A stretch of 63,834 nucleotides of DNA, counting the filler, from Octopus bimaculoides (lineage: Eukaryota): the NCBI RefSeq assembly GCF_001194135.2. It is 7 parts of 6 records of this genome, joined end to end, with 100 filler letters (N's around TTAATTAATTAA, not from the genome) between each part and the next. Parts side by side here need not be neighbours in the genome. Positions count along the whole stretch, not along the records: positions 7,701 to 27,484 come from NC_068994.1; positions 27,585 to 35,336 come from NC_068989.1; positions 35,437 to 38,952 come from NC_068982.1; 4 more parts are not named here. The stretch is one strand, 5' to 3'. The stretch's first letter is position 1. Each line of letters opens with the position of its first letter. The notes beneath the pieces were generated by a model, which was not told where the DNA came from, did not search any database, and saw only the letters and a list, made by a program, of their open reading frames with translations. The translations under genes were made by a program, and so were the position numbers. Of the stretch, positions 24,418 to 37,107 are shown piece by piece.

Positions 24418-24487
24418 GGACTGCTTTGGTCTAATGGTAGAATGCCAGCCATGCTTACAGATATGGGTTTGAGTCCCATGGGCAGCC
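24418..24487 (+). pseudogene. Degenerate tRNA-like sequence
   Basis: 5' GGACTGCT pairs with 3' GGCAGCC. A-box-like TGGTCTAATGGTAG. Perfect T-arm ATGGG-TTTGAGT-CCCAT. T-runs downstream. The anticodon arm is broken, so no isotype is called. Confidence 0.6.
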
Positions 24488-24678
24488 TTCAACGTTTTCT
24501 TTTTCAAGCTAATATTTCCATGCTATCATTTGTAGCTTTATCATCTGCTTTGAGATCCACTGTTCCAAAAATGGATCATTTGGCATTCCGCTAAGTTCAC
24601 AAAAATTCTTATGATGCCAACAACATATTTACATATATATATATAAATATGCACGTGACACACACACACATACACATA

Positions 24679-24712
<34 letters not shown>

Positions 24713-24989
24713 AAATTAAAGAAGGAAAATGCACACACTTTACATAGTTTTAATATATTTTTTGATATATTTTATATTCTGTTTGTCAACCGGTTTTGCT
24801 TTCACTAATCATGACATTAAAATTATTTTACGTATTTTCCTAAGAANNNNNNNNNNACATTAAAATTATTTTACGTATTTTCCTAAGAAAAATTTTTTTG
24901 TCCAGTTTATGAATGAATGATTCAACAAGTAGAAAAATCTAGGGGGGGGGTAATTGGTAATCATTATTATTGTGGACAGGGGAGATAAT

Positions 24990-25025
<36 letters not shown>

Positions 25026-26609
25026 TACAACTCACCACATGGGTATAATCGAAATTCCTCCCTTTCTCTTACTATATATATATGTATATTTAGTTGTATA
25101 AGATTCATAAAGAATCAAGGCACATCAATGTATAACAGGCCACAATTAGCTCGACAGAATCTTGCAGAGCAGACAGGGAAGTAATCTGTTATCAACACAG
25201 AAGGCAATGATGAAGTCAATACACTGCTGTTGGGTAATCCTCAATTCCAATTATTTACAAGTTATCCAATGGATAGTAAAACATTTGGTGTGATGTGAAA
25301 TAACAATAAGTGCACAAACAAATGGATTTTAAATTTTGCGACAATTATTTCACTAAGAGCCTACCTTTTAATGCAAGCATAATACAGTCTTATGGATTAT
25401 GCAATTCATTATGCAATTTTCACACTCATCAGGCAATATTTAAAATAGAGTGAGAGAGAGAAGGTGTGTCTTGCTCTGTGTGTGTGTTAGATAGAGAGAA
25501 AGTGAGGGAGTGATAGCATAAATTTTCTTATTTATTTAGTTTTTCTAGCATGTTTTTTTTAGTGAGTGTGTGAGTGATTAACTGACTGAGAGAGAGAGGT
25601 GTTGTGATGTATATGTAAAATGGCTAGGGTCAGTCACAAACACAAACATATATGTACCCCATTATCTGTCATATACACATACATGCATAAATACATATGC
25701 ATACATGTTTTTTATATGTGTGCATGTCAGGGAGTGAGAAAAAATCAGTCACTGAGTGAAGGTGTGTTCTCATGACAACATTTTTTTTGCATGTATGCAT
25801 AAGTGGCTAAGTAAAATTTATGCTATCACTCTCTCTCTCACACACACATTTATGTACACACAAACAGAGCAATGCATACCTTCTCTCTCTCTTTCTCTCT
25901 CTCTCACTCTCTCAGTCAGTCGCTCACACATTCACTGAAAAAGATGCGAGAAAAAGTAAATAGATGTATGCTGTTACTCTCTCTCTCTCTCTTTCTCCCT
26001 CTTTCTCCCTCTCTTTCTAACATACACACACAACACACACTTTCTGTCTTGCACCCCTCCCCCATCAATACATACACACGTCTATGCCCATTTCCTCTCT
26101 CTTTCACTTTATGCTGACTTCAAACAAAATGTACATTTCCACTTACAAAAATAAAGTTTTTTTACGGAATTTACCAAATGCCATGAGGTAAAAGCTGAGC
26201 TGCATGCACATGCCTTTGAGTTAAAATGAAAGATTAACCAAAATGGCTAGGCTATTGCCAAACTTTCTTAATATTAATTTTTTTCATTTTCATGATATAA
26301 TTGCATTAATTAATGCAGATGACATAATGAGACTAATTGCAAATTAGCAGTGTCATTGATATTTTTTTCCTCACCTCAATGATACCGGTGACATATATCA
26401 AAAGTCCTTTTTAGAACTATATTCATAAAAAAGTATAGAACTATATTATTACCCTCAAAATTGAGAAACAAACACTCATGTCTATTTTCTTTTGAAACTT
26501 CACTGCATGAGATTGATACCATGAAATTCCTTGAATTGAGTTCTATCATTTACGTTTAATTCAAATATAACTTGTTTCTGTAAGATGTTCAGCTATGTAT
26601 GCTCACACC

Positions 26610-26783
26610 CCCATCACCCATTATTTCCGCTTGGCCAGCCACTCCACCTCTTCTAATATCTCTGTTTTTGGCCTCGCCCTGAACCATGGATCCACACACT
26701 CCTGACTCCACCAGGAACAGCATTACATTTTCAGTCTACAAACACAAACTCCTTTCGAACTCAGCACAAACCCTTCCTCTTAA
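26610..26783 (+). mobile_element. Penelope-like element GIY-YIG endonuclease C-terminal remnant
   Basis: PITHYFRLASHSTSSNISVFGLALNHGSTHS*LHQEQHYIFSLQTQTPFELSTNPSS* matches the PLE pattern PVAxHF...H...(R)...EQxxIFxLxTxxPxGLN. Confidence 0.75.
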
Positions 26784-29414
26784 TGACTGTCTCTACACCC
26801 TCCTTAAAAACAACTTTTTTTATCTTATTTTATCCTGTCTTATATCCACTCACCTTTTTACACTGTTATTCTTTTTAGGATATTTTATCAATTTTCCATT
26901 CAAATTTTTTAATTGTATTAATTTTTTATAATTGTATCAATTTCTATTTTATCCCTTTAATTTTTTATTTTTCTATCTTGTATCTGTTATTTTTTGTATT
27001 TTTTATTCATTAATTTTATTTTTTCATCTTTCCCCCTTTTCTATCAATCTTATTTTATTATATTTTATTTCTGTATACACGCACACATACATACACACAC
27101 GTACATATACACATGTGCACACACATACACACATGTGCACACATACGAACACACATATACCTCACACATACCTCCCACACACCACACACACACAATACAC
27201 ACATACATGCACACACATACACAGGTACTTGCATGCACACACGCATACATACACATGTGCACACACAAGCACACACGCACACATACACATGCACAGAGGA
27301 ACGCACATATACTTCCACACACTTCATGTACACACTCACATACACACACATGCATGTGCACTCATACCTCACATATACCTCCCATGCACACCACTCACAC
27401 ACACATACATGTGCACACATCCATACGTACACACATACACACACACACACCCATGCACACACGCACTGGAATGCACATATACCTNNNNNNNNNNNNNNNN
27501 NNNNNNNNNNNNNNNNNNNNNNNNNNNNTTAATTAATTAANNNNNNNNNNNNNNNNNNNNNNNNNNNNNNNNNNNNNNNNNNNNGAAATTTCAGGTAATG
27601 CTCAGTTAAGTCCGAAATTCAAACTCGAAGATCGTTCGAGGCAGGTAGCGCTGAAGCAGGAAGTCGGCTATAAAAACGATCTTCGTCGAGCGGGTAAGGA
27701 AGTAGAAATGACAGATAAATAAAAGTAGGCGCACATGGAATATATTTAGATAGAGAGTTGCATATTTTGTATACGCAGCATTTCATGTGAATACAATCCT
27801 CACACCTACTTTTGCTTATCTGTCATTCATGCTTTTATATATAAGATGCTCGTTCCTTTATCGGAGGCATTCTTTGGTGTTTGCTATAATGTAATCAAAT
27901 TTGGATTTAATTTGATACTAAATAATAGCCGATCGAATAAAAACAAAGTAACATACGTAGGTGTGTAATTTGATAAAGAAAAAATAACGGAAAAATCTCT
28001 ATAAAACCATTCCCTACAGTCTTAAAAATAGAAAAACACATTGGATAGTTTAATACTATAAGAACAAAAGACGAGAAATTCATGACTTGTATGCTTTTCA
28101 TCCTACGCCAGTTCGATCTGGGACTAAAGAACAACCAAACTACTTTACAGTAATGCATACATTCTGCTAGAAAAAAAACAAATACTTGTGATTTCCTTGA
28201 GAGTTCTCAGGTTTATAGTTGAGAGCATATGGGATGTTGCGGCTTCCCTGTCTTTTACATGTTTATTTGCAATTTGAAAACAAGAACTGAGTCGTATTAA
28301 CCAAAGTGGAGCGTCAATCTAATAGTTACCGTGTAATTTCTTTTTAAATGCTGCACAGAAACTCGACAGATTTGAACTTAGAACTAACGATTCACAAACT
28401 CAGTATCACATTCCCATTGCAATTGCTTCTCTGATAAAAGTGTTTTCGTATCACAAAGATTTTAATGGCTGAGAAGGATAGAGAGGGAGGAGAGAGAAAT
28501 GACAATAGTTCATTCAATTCTAAGCAGTAGTGTAATATAAATATTGGTTTAGATGAACGGACCATAGTTCAGAAGATTTGATCATAATTTAAAAGAATCA
28601 AGTATGAAAGGCAGTTGTTTAAAACTCATTAATGGTATTAAAAACACATTAATAGGTACCACGCTTTAGATCCATTCCACCTGACTAGAATATCTTAAAC
28701 TTTTTGAATCTAATATGTGCGAAAATGTAATAAAGAATTTATGGTGCAAAAGTCTGGATGTTTGTTTTGTCACACAAGATAGAAAACAAATTAATCGTCT
28801 TTACAACGGCAGCAGTGGATGTTTACAGCGCATGCGTTATAATGTTTTGCTAATTAAAATCTACCTAATAATAGCTTTGTTGGAGAAAATAAAATATCAA
28901 AGTTTCAAAGTATGATTTTTACTGTCCTGCTTCTGTTTTACAGTGAACATTTCCGACTAAACTTAAGATAATAGAGAAAAAGATACGATTAAAGTATAAT
29001 TTTCTTCCGTTTTCGATCTACAGTTTATCAGAGAAGAAAAAAATCTGGCAAATTATCTTTGAGATTGATATTTTTCATGGAGATTTCAGTGGTATTTAAT
29101 TGCATATCACGCTGTCCTTTCTCTTGCACGTCCTAATTTAACTTTACTCCTTAATAGAGAAATCGTTAATTATAAGTCAATTTAAAGAAATGCATTTTAA
29201 AAGACAACCACAACCACTCCAAAAAAAACAGAGAAGATATGCAAATGTGTTTTATGATAAACGTTCTTTCATTCTGTTAACTGATCGTATATGTTTGGTG
29301 GTTATGTATGTGGATGGGTGTGTATGTGTGTGAGTTTCTTTGTGTGAGCGGTACCAAAGGCAGTAAGATGCATCCAAGGCGTGGTTACTGGACTTGAAAA
29401 CTGCTCACTTGCAT

Positions 29415-29500
<86 letters not shown>

Positions 29501-29994
29501 GCCAAATCATATATGTATGTGCGTTTGCATATAACTATGTATCTGCGTATGTATGTGTGCACCTATAAATTTTATGTATTTGCAGTAAACATATGGCAAC
29601 AGCAGGTTGACATTTTCATTGTCAAGAGAAACAAACAACTAAACTGAATTTAATCAATAAACGTATAAAAGCATTGTTGCTTTTAATAGAGAGTTGTGTA
29701 TAACTGTTCAAATCTTCCCTGAATCCGCCTGGTATGTAAAACGTTAAAGCATAATAATTTCTGAGAGTGTGCATGTATGTATGCAAGTACCTATGTATTA
29801 ATTTATGTATGTATTTATATATAATGTACGTACTACTTATCTTTGCATGTATGTATGTATGTTATTATTCACTTTTATTTCAAGATTTCTTGTCAATAGA
29901 GAAAGAGCCGGTTTCTAACCAAGATCCAAGGCTTCTTCAGTGGAATTTCAATATCAACGGTATTTTTGTATTCATGTATGTATACGTGCAGATT

Positions 29995-30351
29995 TGCATG
30001 TTTTGTTTAATGTCTGTATTTTCATGCATATAGTTGCATATCTCGACATGCTCATATACACTTAAATAATAAACTTCTGAAAAGCTTCACAGATTTTTAC
30101 AGTTCAATGATGGCTTGAATCTGTAGTCTTCGAATAAGCTTTCTCCTTTCTGGTTGTGAGAAGCCTAATTTCTCAAGATTGGTATTTAAGCAGTGTGTTA
30201 CATATCTCAGTGTCCTAATAATTACATGTATAAATCTGAACTTATAATCTGGATAGAGTAACCACAGATTTCTCAATAGTTCAGTATAGATATTGTCTTT
30301 TTCGCTGATGCTTAGCTTTATGTTAACATCCGCTGGGCAGCTGATTTTCAC
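29995..30351 (-). mobile_element. 3' remnant of an RLE-type (R4/Dong or NeSL-like) LINE
   Basis: KISCPADVNIKLSISEKDNIYTELLRNLWLLYPDYKFRFIHVIIRTLRYVTHCLNTNLEKLGF... resembles the restriction-like endonuclease C-terminus (E-K-x-x-x-Y-x-x-L...PIIIGALG). Confidence 0.8.
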
Positions 30352-30725
30352 AACTGTACACTACTCTATCCCAAATCATTATATCAGACGTGTGTATGTG
30401 TGTGTGTGCGCGCATACATGTATGACTGAAAATGTGCGAAATAGTCCATTGAGAAACTGCGCTGTTTTGAACGAGGGATATGAGGTGTCTTTAAAGATTT
30501 TCTTGGAACAGAAATATCAGTAAGAATCTCTTAAATCTATTTAAAACTAAAGTCTTCTTTGTAAAACTTTTCTAAATTTTCTTTTATTTCTTGAAAATCT
30601 TGCTAGCACTAGCTTCACCAAACTGTTCACGTACTACACCAATGTGCACTGGCGCATTTGACAGTTAAACATTCATCCATTGATGGGGTTCATTTGGTTT
30701 ATAAAAAATAGCAACGAAATCTCCC

Positions 30726-31214
30726 TCAAATTACACCATCTGTCTTTCTCACAACGTATGGAGCTGTGTGTGTGTATAATGTTCTAGTCGATGGTGGGTG
30801 GGTATTCCTTGTATTTTGCATATACGGCTGCTGATGGCTCGTTGGATCTCCTGGGTTAGGTCGGCCTTTCATATTTACTAGATAAATGAGTAAAGAGTTA
30901 CCTCTTTGGTTTGCCACTTCGTCAAATGATACATTGTTCACGTTTATGTTATTTGGTGTTACGGTTTCCCCATAGTTCTGTCCTTTTAGAAGGTGAAATG
31001 TAGTTGTATTTTGTTTTTGTTGTTGTTGTAGCACTCCTCTGTTGCTGTTTATTTTTATTTTTCGTTTTGTGCCCTTCAGATGGTGGTAGATGCATTCTAG
31101 GTTCAGACACATCCTTAATGATACAGAATTTTGGCACAGTTTAGGATGGAAGAAGGTGCATCCGTTGCCTTTTGTGCATCCATATTTAGGATCCGAGCCA
31201 TGGACTCTATATAT
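30726..31214 (-). mobile_element. LINE (CR1/L2 group) ORF1 remnant with CCCH-type zinc fingers
   Basis: YGCTKGNGCTFFHPKLCQNSVSLRMCLNLECIYHHLKGTKRK followed by a Q/N-rich linker. Cut off by a (GT)n tract. Confidence 0.7.
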
Positions 31215-31215
31215 A

Positions 31216-31218
<3 letters not shown>

Positions 31219-31306
<88 letters not shown>
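31219..31306. repeat. (GT)n microsatellite
   Basis: Direct reading. Confidence 0.98.
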
Positions 31307-31307
<1 letters not shown>

Positions 31308-32646
31308 TTTGTGGGTGTATTTTTTACTCTCCGCTTGGCAAGCGATGCGGTTCGGCAAAAGAACCGATAGAATATATATATCATACTTAAAATAAGTACT
31401 GAGGGCCGATTTTTTCGACAAACCCTAATGGGTGTGTTCAAGAATGGACACAGTCCAATAACTGAAACAAGTATAATCGTTAAATAGTTGAAAGATTGGT
31501 GATAAAAGTGCATTAGGAACGACTACTGTGTAGTTTTGGGCAAAACTTTACTAGACATAGTATTTATTACTGAACAACGAAGATCAGATATTTCCTCTGC
31601 CTGTGGAAAATGAGGTCGATCGTGTGTATTAGTAAAGACTGATAATCTAAGAAGATTGATCATTTTACCCAGACAAATGCCTGAGGAAAATTAGGAGTTC
31701 TACTATTTCATGTCAGATAACTTACCTTTTACCTCATATTATTTGGAGACAAATAATTGGAAGTAGTGGCACAGAGGTTTTCTGCTTTACTTGAGCGGAG
31801 AGCTACAAAATGGAAAACCACATAGAAGTCATCCCAGATATTTACTCCGACTCTTTAAATTTTGAGTTCAAATCTCGCCGAGATGAACCTTGTTTTTTAT
31901 CCTTTCGCGGCTAATAAAATAATGGTCTATGTAATAAAATAACCAAGTCACATAAAAATATTGCTGGCCTTGTGCCACAATTGTGAAACAGTAAAGCTAA
32001 GAGCTAGAAAAATTGATAGAGCGTTGGAAAAATATGATTTGGTACTTGTTCCGGTTCTTTATCTTCTGAGTTCAAATCCCACCGAGGTTAATTTTTGCCT
32101 TTCATCGTTCCTTGGTCAAAAAATAAAATACCAGGGTCGAAGGCGTCAACTAATCCCCACCTCACAAAATTATGGTCTTATGTCTAAATTAGAAATTGTA
32201 TGTAGTAGTAGTAGAAGTAGAAATAGTGGAGGGGTGATAGTGGTAGTCGTAGTGGTATTAGTAGAAGTAGCAGCAGAAGTAACAGCAGAAACTGTAGTAA
32301 TGTTTGATGTAGTTTCCTCTGTTGCTTTCGTGGCTTGTTTATTTTTTCGGGTTTTCTAAAATTCTTTCAATTTAGTAATAAATAATGCAGTGTTTGAAAA
32401 TGCAAAAATCAAACATTCTTTTTAATTAAATGTCTATTCCTGGAAAATTCATCTACGTATAGATTAAAATCATTCGTAATAATAATTTCTTATATTTTTT
32501 ATAGTCTTCATTATTTTCCATCATTTCATTTCCTAACTTCTTTTTTTTTTATCTTTATTCATTATTGGTTATCTTATACTTCTGATATATTTATTTTTTA
32601 ATAAATTTGCATACTATAACCATAAAAAGAATCAAATTATAGTTCT

Positions 32647-32678
<32 letters not shown>

Positions 32679-32990
32679 GAACGATAACTATTTTCTATGT
32701 CTGAATGAAAACAAGTTTCACTGCGTATAAATTATTGTTTTATATAACTATTTATGTTTATAGAAAACCAACATAAAGTCAGTCATTTTGATGAAAATGT
32801 TTCTATCTTTTTTTTTTTTTTTAATAAAATGGTTTTGGAAATGTTAAAAAAGAATTGCTTTCCATATCGGCAAATTTAAGTTTCGAACGAGGACTGTAAC
32901 TATATGAAATGATTTTCAGTATGAAATAGGAAATTCTGACTAACAATAAAGCTCCAGTTTAGGATTCGGATGGCTATAGGATGTCAAAGT

Positions 32991-33376
32991 GGAAGCGCAA
33001 TGGCCTAGTGGTTAGGGCAGCGGACTCGCGCTCATAGGATCGTGGTTTCGATTCCCAGACCAGGCGTTGTGAGTGTTTATTGAGTGAAAACACCTAAAGT
33101 TCCACGAGGCTCCGGCAGGGGATGGTGGCGAACCCTGCTGCACTCTTTCACCACAACTTTCTCTCACTCTTACTTCCTGTTTCTGTTGTGCCTGTAATTC
33201 AAAGGGTCAGCCTTGTCACACTGTGTCACGCTGAATCTCCCCGAGAACTACGTTAATGGTACACGTGTCTGTGGAGTGCTCAGCCATTTGCACGTTAATT
33301 TCACGAGCAGGCTGTTCCGTTGATCGGATCAACTGGAACCCTCGACGTCGTAAGCGACAGAGTGCCAACAACAACA
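32991..33376 (+). mobile_element. SINE family B, full length
   Basis: GGAAGCGCAATGGCCTAGTGGTTAGGGCAGCGGACTCGCG...GGTTTCGATTCCC tRNA-like head, (AAC)n tail, TSD AGGATGTCA(G)AAGT at 32978-32990 and 33376-33389. Confidence 0.93.
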
Positions 33377-33611
33377 GGATGTCAGAAGTATATAGTTAGG
33401 TAGAGACATATTACTACGTAGAGATATACGATAAGATATATGATATATGATATACATGGCTTGATAAATAATTATGTTTAAGCAGAATATACTCTATTTA
33501 TATTGTTCTTCTTGTTCATGCGCTCCAATATGTGTATGTGGACAGTGAAGACTGTCAAAGGAATAGCTATCAATCTACATCCAGGAACTCGAGTTCGCAT
33601 CTTCTCTGCAG

Positions 33612-33651
33612 ACAAGATGCGTACAACTCAACATTAAGTAAATGATGCAAG
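33612..33651 (+). other. Candidate 40-nt exon (5' UTR plus ATG ATG CAA G)
   Basis: Acceptor GCATCTTCTCTGCAG| and consensus donor CAAG|GTGAGT. All three read-through frames contain stops, so only a start-codon or UTR exon fits. Confidence 0.3.
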
Positions 33652-33834
33652 GTGAGTCATTCAAAATTATCCATCAGCAACACTGTGGGAAAATAAACGA
33701 GGATTTCGATGGTTCGCAGAGCTGTTGCTTTGGCTTTAACTTTTCCTATCATCCTTTCGGGATCGATACAATAAAGTATCAATAAAATACTGAGATCAAT
33801 GTAATCGAATTGTTCTTCCGGTAAAATTTATGAG

Positions 33835-34140
33835 CGCAGGCTTGGCTGCGTGGTAAGAACCAAAGTCTTTTGAGTGGATATTGTAGACGTACACTAAAAG
33901 CGCGTCGTATATGTATGTGTGTGTGTGTTCTTGTTTCTTTCTTGTTTATCCTCACTACTGCTTGACAACCGGTACTGGTTTGTTTAAGTCACCGTAACTA
34001 GCGATTCGGCAAAAGAGACGGATAGAATAAGTACTAGGTTTTAAAAAATAAGTATTGAAGTTAATGTGTTCGACCTAAACCGTGCAAGGTGATACCCCAT
34101 CCTGGCCGAAGTCCCATGACTGAAACAAGTAAAAGATAAG
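33835..34140 (+). mobile_element. SINE family C, degenerate
   Basis: GCGCAGGCTTGGCTGCGTGGTAAG head with an internal deletion; GACTGAAACAAGTAAAAG tail. Confidence 0.8.
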
Positions 34141-34370
34141 AGGTTCTGATGTATGCTTGCAATGAAATACTAAAATGAATTGTGTAGCATAGAATTTATA
34201 AAGCGTTAATAGTTTTATGTATGCGTGTCAGTATAAGATTTTGCACGAGTTCAGTTATTGCTGGGGATTGCAATGTATAAGTGAAAGTATGATCTTGGTT
34301 GAGTGCATAAATGTACATCTACGAATTTGTAATTTTGTTTTTGTGTTTGTATGATGTTTGTACATTTATT

Positions 34371-34761
34371 AAAGCGGTGAGCTGGCAGAAACGTTAGCAC
34401 GTTCTGAGTTCAAATTCCGCCGAGGTCGACTTTGCCTTTCATCCGTTCGGGGTCGATAAATTAAGTACCAGTTACGCACTGGGGTAGATGTAATCGACTT
34501 AATCCATTTGTCTGTCCTTGTTTGTCCCCTCTATGTTTAGCCCTTTGTGGGCAAAAAAAAAGAAATATTAGCGCGCTAGGGGAAACGATTAACGGTATAT
34601 CATCTGTTTTTACGTTCTGAGTTCAAACTCCGCCGAGGTCAACTTTACCGTTCATCCTTTCGGGGTCGATAAATTAAGTACCAGTAGCGTACTGGAATCG
34701 ATCTAATCGACTGACCCCTCCCCCAAAATTGTGGGCTCCGTGCCTAGAGTAAAAAAGAATA
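34371..34761 (+). mobile_element. SINE family A, dimeric form
   Basis: Same two-monomer layout as 3838-4262. A perfect 14-bp TSD TTTGTACATTTATT at 34357-34370 and 34762-34775 brackets the whole dimer. Confidence 0.92.
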
Positions 34762-35436
34762 TTTGTACATTTATTTTTGTTTTAGTTCATATATTTAAGT
34801 ACACCCACACACATAATGCGTATGTGGCTTTGTGTTTGTCACCACCACTTGACAAACGGCGTTGGTTTGTTTACGTCTCAATAACATAGCAGTTTGGCAA
34901 AAGAAATCAATAGAATAAGTAACAGGCTTTAAAAGAAATGAATATATGTATGCATGTATTCGTGTATATGCATGCGTACTTGCTTAAGTTCCTCATGTAT
35001 ATATCCTCATATATATATGTATATATGTAATAATGTACATTCACACACATACGTCTGTGCATGTCCATGTATGTGCGCGTTTGTGTGTGACATTTGTACA
35101 TCGGTTTATGCTTAATTTCAAGTACACCCTTACACATATACACAGAAATATATATTCTATACATGTGTGTGTGTGTGTATGTATGTATGTTCGTATGCAT
35201 TTTCAGGCATGTGTCTATATGTGAGTGTACATTGTGTACTTTCTTGTCTATGTATGTTCGTGCGTGTGTGTGTGTGTGCATGTGTTTCTCTGTGTGTGCG
35301 TGTGTGCGTGCGTGTGTGTGTGCGTGTGTGTGTGTGNNNNNNNNNNNNNNNNNNNNNNNNNNNNNNNNNNNNNNNNNNNNTTAATTAATTAANNNNNNNN
35401 NNNNNNNNNNNNNNNNNNNNNNNNNNNNNNNNNNNN

Positions 35437-35653
35437 GGTTAGGGTTAGGGTTAGGATCGACCACTCACGACTAGCTAGCGCGGACGCGCGACTGCGCGTT
35501 CGGGACCGTGCTGCTTTAGTAGTACCCAAAGTTGGTGGGTGTTACATTTCTGTAGTTATGCCACTTTATTTTTTTCATAAAAAGGCGTCCCCACCATAAT
35601 TTGAAAGGCTGTGGTGATTTGTCCGGGTGTCTACAATGCTGTTAAGACGACCC
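35437..35653 (-). mobile_element. End of a GGGTC-terminated element carrying a (TTAGGG)n tract
   Basis: GGTTAGGGTTAGGGTTAGG right after the gap, a CpG-rich body, and an abrupt end ...GTTAAGACGACCC (reverse complement GGGTCGTCTTAAC). The other end is lost in the gap. Confidence 0.5.
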
Positions 35654-35699
35654 AGTAAGCGCGTACGTTTGTGTATGTGTGTGGTTCTACTTTTTGTCA

Positions 35700-35915
35700 G
35701 ATCAAAAGTCCAGGAAAAAATAATTTATGGCAAATTAATGTGGAATTTACGGCTCTTGTACCCTGACAATGAATTCTTATTTGTACCTGTCGTTATATGT
35801 GCATTAAGTTATGTACCAACGAATTTGCACAAAACCTTGAAATACTCAATTTCGTGGAAAAAGAGCAATCTATTAGTGGCACAGTGAAAATTTCTCTGAC
35901 ATTCCCCAAATTCTC
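35700..35915 (+). mobile_element. Second, more decayed RLE-type LINE 3' remnant
   Basis: KVQEKIIYGKLMWNLRLLYPDNEFLFVPVVICALSYVPTNLHKTL...QSISGTVKI aligns by eye to the 30097-30351 peptide. Confidence 0.7.
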
Positions 35916-37107
35916 CATATGCAATTCTTATGTGAATAGATGCACACACTTGGGTGTATGTATTGACGATTCAACCAACACACCAACTCAACCACATATT
36001 TACAAACACCAGAAACTCTCTTAGCTCAAGAAATTTTGTTGCTTTGTTAGCAACCAGCTTGAACTCTTTCAAGAAGTCAAAGAAAAATAATACATACAGT
36101 TGGCTTCTTTTAGTTTCTATCTACCAAATCCACTCACAAGGCATTGGTTGGTCTGGGGTTATTGTGGAAGACACTTCAACAAGGTGTCATACAGTGGGAC
36201 TGAACCCCAAACCATGTGGTTGGGAAGCAAGCTTCTTATCACAGTCACACTTGTGCCTACTAGTCAGTAATTAACCTAGAAATCATAAAATATACATATT
36301 ATTTATTTGAATTTCACTTATCTGATGGTTTATGATTTATCTAATATTCAATGACTTCACCGCTTATGCTGATAACACATAAAATACACAGGACATTCAA
36401 CTCAATTGTGTATGTGACAAGCATAGGGTTGATGAATTAACAAAAATAAAAACGAGTATGATGGTTCCACAATTTTTGATGACACAATAGGTTCCATAAC
36501 CTTGCTCATTATTGTTTCTCGAAATGGTTGTTCCACAAATCATCATTACCATTTAATACCTGTTTTCTGTGCTGGCATAAGTTGGATAGCTTGACAGGAA
36601 CTGGCAAGGCCAGGAGCTGCACCAAGTTCCATAGTCTCTTTTGGTTTTGTTTCTACAACTAAATGCTCTTCCTAATGTCAACCAATTCTTAGGGTGTACT
36701 GGGTGCTTTTTACATGGCACTCTCACCAGTGCTTTTTATGTGGTACCATCACCAGTGCCTTTTATGTGGTACCATCACCTATGAATTTCATTTTCTTTTT
36801 TTCTTTTTTGAAACGTTACTTGATTGAAAGAGATAGTTGAAGACCAAGAAGGAAAAAAGACATGCATGTTTGGGAATAAATAAAAGTTAGAGCCATTATA
36901 CAATGACATTTTACAATGTATCATTGCTGGTATCAATGTCAATGTTATTACTGATGACGTAGACTCTAACATTCCACATTTTCTAAGCAAAACTATGTGA
37001 AAAAACCTAAACATTCATTCTAAACTTTGAAGATAACAATATAGTGATGTTGGGAAAAAAACTTCAGTTGAAGTATACTTTGCCTGGTCATTATTATTTC
37101 TCCATTA

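Noticed and set aside
24814-24890. Exact 33-bp direct repeat across an 11-N gap
   Set aside because: Typical unmerged contig overlap.
35438-35456. True telomere
   Set aside because: Only about three TTAGGG units, internal, and attached to an element-like terminus.
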